DNA of 63,657 bases, counting the filler, from Vannella sp. (Eukaryota): the NCBI GenBank assembly GCA_023345925.1. It is 8 parts of 8 records of this genome, joined end to end, with 100 filler letters (N's around TTAATTAATTAA, not from the genome) between each part and the next. Parts side by side here need not be neighbours in the genome. Positions count along the whole stretch, not along the records: positions 59,268 to 63,657 come from JAJQQN010000021.1; 7 more parts are not named here. One strand, given 5' to 3'. The notes below the pieces were generated by a model that saw nothing but the letters and a program-made list of their open reading frames with translations, made no database searches and was not told the origin of the DNA. Both the position numbers and the translations under genes were made by a program. This document shows positions 59,575 through 63,657 of the stretch, one piece after another (position 1 is the first letter of the stretch; every line of letters starts with the position of its first letter).

Positions 59575-60546
59575 ATGGGTGTGGGAGTGTGGTCCGGTTT
59601 CTTTCTGCTTGTTGCTTTGGTTTTCGCTCAGACTGATTGCTCGCTCAAGGGGGCTTGGAACTGTTACCATGGGGCTATTAAGTTCATTAGTTTCGGAGAG
59701 GATGACGACGATGACCGGTTTGAGTTCATCGGAGTGTACGGGGAGGAGAATTCCGCTCTTTCATGCGACGTTTATCAGACTGGCGTCTACACAGTCAATG
59801 GGACCATTATAACAGCCAACTTTCAGCCAGGGAATGAAGAGTACTTCTGCTCCCTCGGCGGAGCAGACCCAGAGCTTTGCAGATGTACCTCTTCCATCCG
59901 CTTTGAACTCTACAACAACTGCAGCGAGATCACAGGGCCTTCAGGGGAGCTCTGTATTCCAACAGCAGGTACGTTGGTTTCCAGTACAAAGGCCATCCTG
60001 ACGAGGCGGGAAGAATGCGGGAAGGCCGAGTTTACTTGCAAGAAGGGACAGCCTTTCCCCAACCCCATTTACATTCCCTCTTACAACGGGTGTGGCCCAT
60101 CTAGCTCTCCTATCACAGCCCCTTCTTTCTCGTTTGTTCAGTGCTGCAATCAGCACGACATTTGCTACGGTTCTTGTGGAGTTTCGAAGCTCTCATGCGA
60201 CAATGACTTCTACCAGTGTATGGCGTGCAGTTGCCTTGAATCATATGAACCAGGCTCAATCAAACAGAGCACTTGCATGAAGGCAGCATGCAGTTATCAC
60301 CATTTGGTGGACAGAGCCGGATGCAATGCCTATCTCAACACACAAAAGAAGGCCTGCCTCTGTCCCCAGGTGCTGACACGCATATTAAGAGATGATGATG
60401 TATATGGAGAAGCAGAAAGTCTGCATAAGTTCGGCTGGGATGCTCATTTAAGGCGTGAAAAACGGATTGGCCTGTGCTCCCCTCCATTTGTACCTTATTG
60501 TCCCCCGAAAGGGGCGGCTGCTCTGAAAGAGCAGTCTGAAACATAA
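59575..60546 (+). CDS. Secreted Cys-rich protein with group XII-like phospholipase A2 domain
   Basis: Signal peptide, then PSYNGCGP..CCNQHDICYGSCG..KLSCDNDFYQCM with the His-Asp catalytic motif. Confidence 0.85.
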   Translation: MGVGVWSGFFLLVALVFAQTDCSLKGAWNCYHGAIKFISFGEDDDDDRFEFIGVYGEENSALSCDVYQTGVYTVNGTIITANFQPGNEEYFCSLGGADPELCRCTSSIRFELYNNCSEITGPSGELCIPTAGTLVSSTKAILTRREECGKAEFTCKKGQPFPNPIYIPSYNGCGPSSSPITAPSFSFVQCCNQHDICYGSCGVSKLSCDNDFYQCMACSCLESYEPGSIKQSTCMKAACSYHHLVDRAGCNAYLNTQKKACLCPQVLTRILRDDDVYGEAESLHKFGWDAHLRREKRIGLCSPPFVPYCPPKGAAALKEQSET

Positions 60547-60557
60547 CAAAAGTAGAA

Positions 60558-63390
60558 TTACCTCCTTTCCTCTTTCTGGTGGATGCCAAGTGGCTCATAA
60601 TCAATCTCATCCAGATCTTCATGTTGCTCAACGCATTCAGTGACCCAACGCGACGTTACAATGCTGCCTTGGAAATTCGGGTAATATCGATCACGTAGGG
60701 ATTGTAGAGCAACATCTGAGTCAAAGACAATCACATGTGTCACTTCAGCCTTCATCACTGGTGCTAATTGGGCGCCGTAGAAGATTGCCATATTTCGAAT
60801 GCACGTTTGAGAATCCTCTTCTTTGTCAGAGGTAGGGTGTAGGAAGAATGTGTGCCGACGGAAGATACCCCACCAAGGCGACTCTGTCAAGTATTTGCTC
60901 TCTAAATGCTTCACCGCTTCGGCACGAAGAGAGCTCTCCACGGAGTTGACTTTGCTCAAGTAGGATGCCGGGATACCTCGGAGTATCTCTTGTAGACTCT
61001 GTGGAGTTACATCACGGTCGTAGTGGTCTCCAAATTGGTCCATAGTCTGTCGGAAGACGGTTTGGGTAGCATCTTTCACATGAATCATATATCGAGGCTC
61101 CAAAGCTATCCAACGTTTCTCTCGGATACAGTCCATCAGCCAGCAAGTACGGACAATGTCAAATGATCCATCTTTCACAAGATTGGTCATCCGCAAAGTC
61201 TTCTTCTCGCCAATCACAAAGGCCGTTTGATGCGTTGGATACTGCACCCGCGTCCCTCCATGTTGGTGGATTATCTTTTCGAGATTCTCCTTTGAATTGA
61301 CGTCATCCCCGCTGAGGACACAAAACTCATTTCCATTGAAAAGTTGATCTAAAACCTCCAATCCAGTCACATCAGCTTGCTGGAACGCCTTCAACACGGA
61401 AAGTGACTTGATACTAGTCGCTGTTGCTTTCTTCTTCTTTGTGCTTGGCTCTGACTCCAGGCCGGAAGGTTTTGATCGTTTGGAAGAGGTGACTAGGCCA
61501 GTACATGACTTTGTCAAATCCTGCAATTCCTCGTAACTCATTGCGTTGGACCAGCATTTGTCGAGTCGTATCTTTTGAACACGAGGGAAGCGAAGAGTCC
61601 AGCGGGTCATAAACTTCTCAGAAGGAACCAATTGGGCGGCCTTGACTTGAATGATGCAAGAGTTTCGTGGTTCAATCCAAACGTCCGGTTTCTCCTTACA
61701 CGGAGGAACCAACTCGATACATGAAGGCGGTGCAGAGGCATCAAAGACACGCCAATGCTTCTCTAACATCTTCTGTAAGACTTTCAACTCCTGGTCAGAA
61801 TATCCGGTCCCCACTTTGCAGAAAGAAAGGAACTTTCCCGGCTCACCACCTTCCTCAGAAGGATTAGAGTCCTCAGAAGGCTTCCGAATTCCCAAAAGAA
61901 AGTGAGAAATAGTGCCACCACGCCTGCCAATACCTGTACCGTAAAATCCTCCCAAAATGAGTAAATCAAGATCACTAACCAAGCCGTCAACGTATTCCGG
62001 CTTGAGTTTGATCCATTTCTCTTTCCTCTCATTCGGCACATATGTGGAGTTGGGGTTCTTCACCATGATGCCTTCTTCACGATTTGCTATTGCTTGGTCA
62101 AGAGCTGCGATTACTTCTTGTGTGCTGGAAGCTTCCTGTTGTTCAACAATCTCAATGACCTTATCAGTGTGGTCTACACATCGTTTGAGAAGGAGCATCC
62201 GTTGCTGCAAGGTCAAATTGGTCACAACTTGCTCATTCACCAACAGAACATCAAAGATAATCAAACAGAGCTGCTTGCCAAGATTTGAACCAATATTAGC
62301 TGTCATAGTAACTGTTTTTTCTCCCTCAGAGTCGGAGTTAGCCGCATTTTGCCGCTCAAAATTCGCTGCAATTCTTGTCAGACAGTCCCAATCCATTCGT
62401 TGTGAACTCACCAAAGGTTTTCAGCTTTCCAAAATCCTCAAATCGACTGCTCAAAGAATCCCAGACCAACAACTCTCCGTCCAAGATGCACTGGGCTACT
62501 TTGACGTGCTTCAAAATAGTGGGAATTATCGTTTTCCCGTAAATAGCGGTCACATCGTTGCTGTTTCGAGAGTACAACTTAACATTGGAGCCACTCTTAT
62601 GCACCTGAAGTCGTTCGCCGTCAAACTTCTTCTCAATGAAGAAGGGCAATCCTTTCATTGCCTCGACGACCTCTTCCGGATTTTTTCGAGCAGCGAGCTG
62701 TGGCTTCACTGCATGGAACAGAGAGATGCTTCCTTGTGCGTTTTGGATACGAATGGAGGGATCTGTAAGCTCGTTAGCCACTCTAACTAAGCTAGAAGTG
62801 GCCTGGAAGAGGTCGAGAGCGTCCGGATGGAAAGTAGTCAGCACGGTCTTCTCGCTGATGCCAATCTTCAGCTCCTTAAGAATGATACGAACAAACCACT
62901 TCTGTTCACGAGCAGTGGACCTCCGTAGCATCCACTTGAGCACACTGAGCTTATCCCCGCGCTCGGTTGTGGTATTCAGCTTATCAAGACACTTGTTGAC
63001 GTGCTCCAGAGACAGAGAACCTACTGATTGACACCTCTTCTCAAGTGAAAGGAAGACAGCGTTGCCAAAGTCCCCTGCTTCCAACTCTCCTGCTTTGGTT
63101 GGGCGCCTCCAATGAAGGAGCCTTCTGCCGTCTTCTGACTCCGCAGAGATGTTCAGAAGCTCAACGTAGTTCTTTCCAAGGTTGGTCTCCTTCATCCCAT
63201 ACGTTTGGCGCTCCTTATCAAGCTGAGGAAGAAGCAACCGCAGCAAAGGATGAAACTGGCGGCTTTTGTAGTGTTTAAAGAAGGTTTGAAGCAAAGACTT
63301 CTTCAGGGACCCTTTTGAACTCATAAACAGCCTCTCAAACAAGTCACAGAGCGCTGAAAAGGGCACTTTAGCTGAGTAGTCCTTCTCCAT
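60558..63390 (-). CDS. LIG4: DNA ligase IV
   Basis: LRLLLPQLDKERQTYGMKE, motif I EKKFDGERLQ, ILDGEL, REEGIMVK, WIKLKPEY, TLRFPR and two C-terminal BRCT domains. One intron near 62366-62410. Confidence 0.96.
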
Positions 63391-63657
63391 CCGGGATCCT
63401 CCAAAATGACCATTTTCCCGCCCTTTTTGCTCTTTCTTGACCCTTTCGGATCCGTCCTAGCTAGGACCGAACGTTTAAAAGGATCAATGTTGTCCTTTGC
63501 CTCCTTTCGGTTGGTTGCAAGCGACCTTCAGAAGGAGAGAGTTCACGGCCAAAATTCGACTGGCACCGATCCAAATGATGTTTTTAAGAGTTGCTTTTCC
63601 CTCGTTTGAAGCACCCTCTTACTGGGTCTGGGCAACCTTGCTTGGAATGCAACGTAT

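Overview
The window is not one locus. It is 8 contigs joined by seven 100-bp artificial linkers (44 N + TTAATTAATTAA + 44 N): 1-13818, 13919-19166, 19267-28939, 29040-39134, 39235-44145, 44246-50673, 50774-59167 and 59268-63657. The DNA is from a very compact eukaryotic genome with 40-55 nt GT-AG introns and tiny intergenic gaps. A Dictyostelium-type P2X receptor suggests an amoebozoan protist, but this is inference. Most genes are housekeeping: RPT5, CHMP1, HIG1/Rcf1, PPase, AHA1, SEC24, FIG4, RBM42, CWC27, Lines, LIG4, rhomboid, MscS, and tRNA-Arg(UCU). The most notable items are: (1) an intronless B-box + GTPase-like P-loop + RING + patatin + filamin-like fusion gene, a candidate immune or cell-death effector, with one in-frame TAA between the phospholipase catalytic Ser and Asp; (2) a cyanobacterial-type N-acylglucosamine 2-epimerase next to host genes (HGT candidate); (3) a ~1.5 kb AT-rich bacterial segment fused mid-gene to host DNA; (4) a ~250-nt intergenic fold-back (miRNA/hpRNA or MITE); (5) a RING-less COP1-like protein, a FYVE-hydrolase fusion, a spliced lipidated microprotein, a dispersed ~70-bp repeat and a possible TOPOVIB-like meiotic gene. 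Gene models were spliced by eye. Family calls come from recognised motifs, not database searches.
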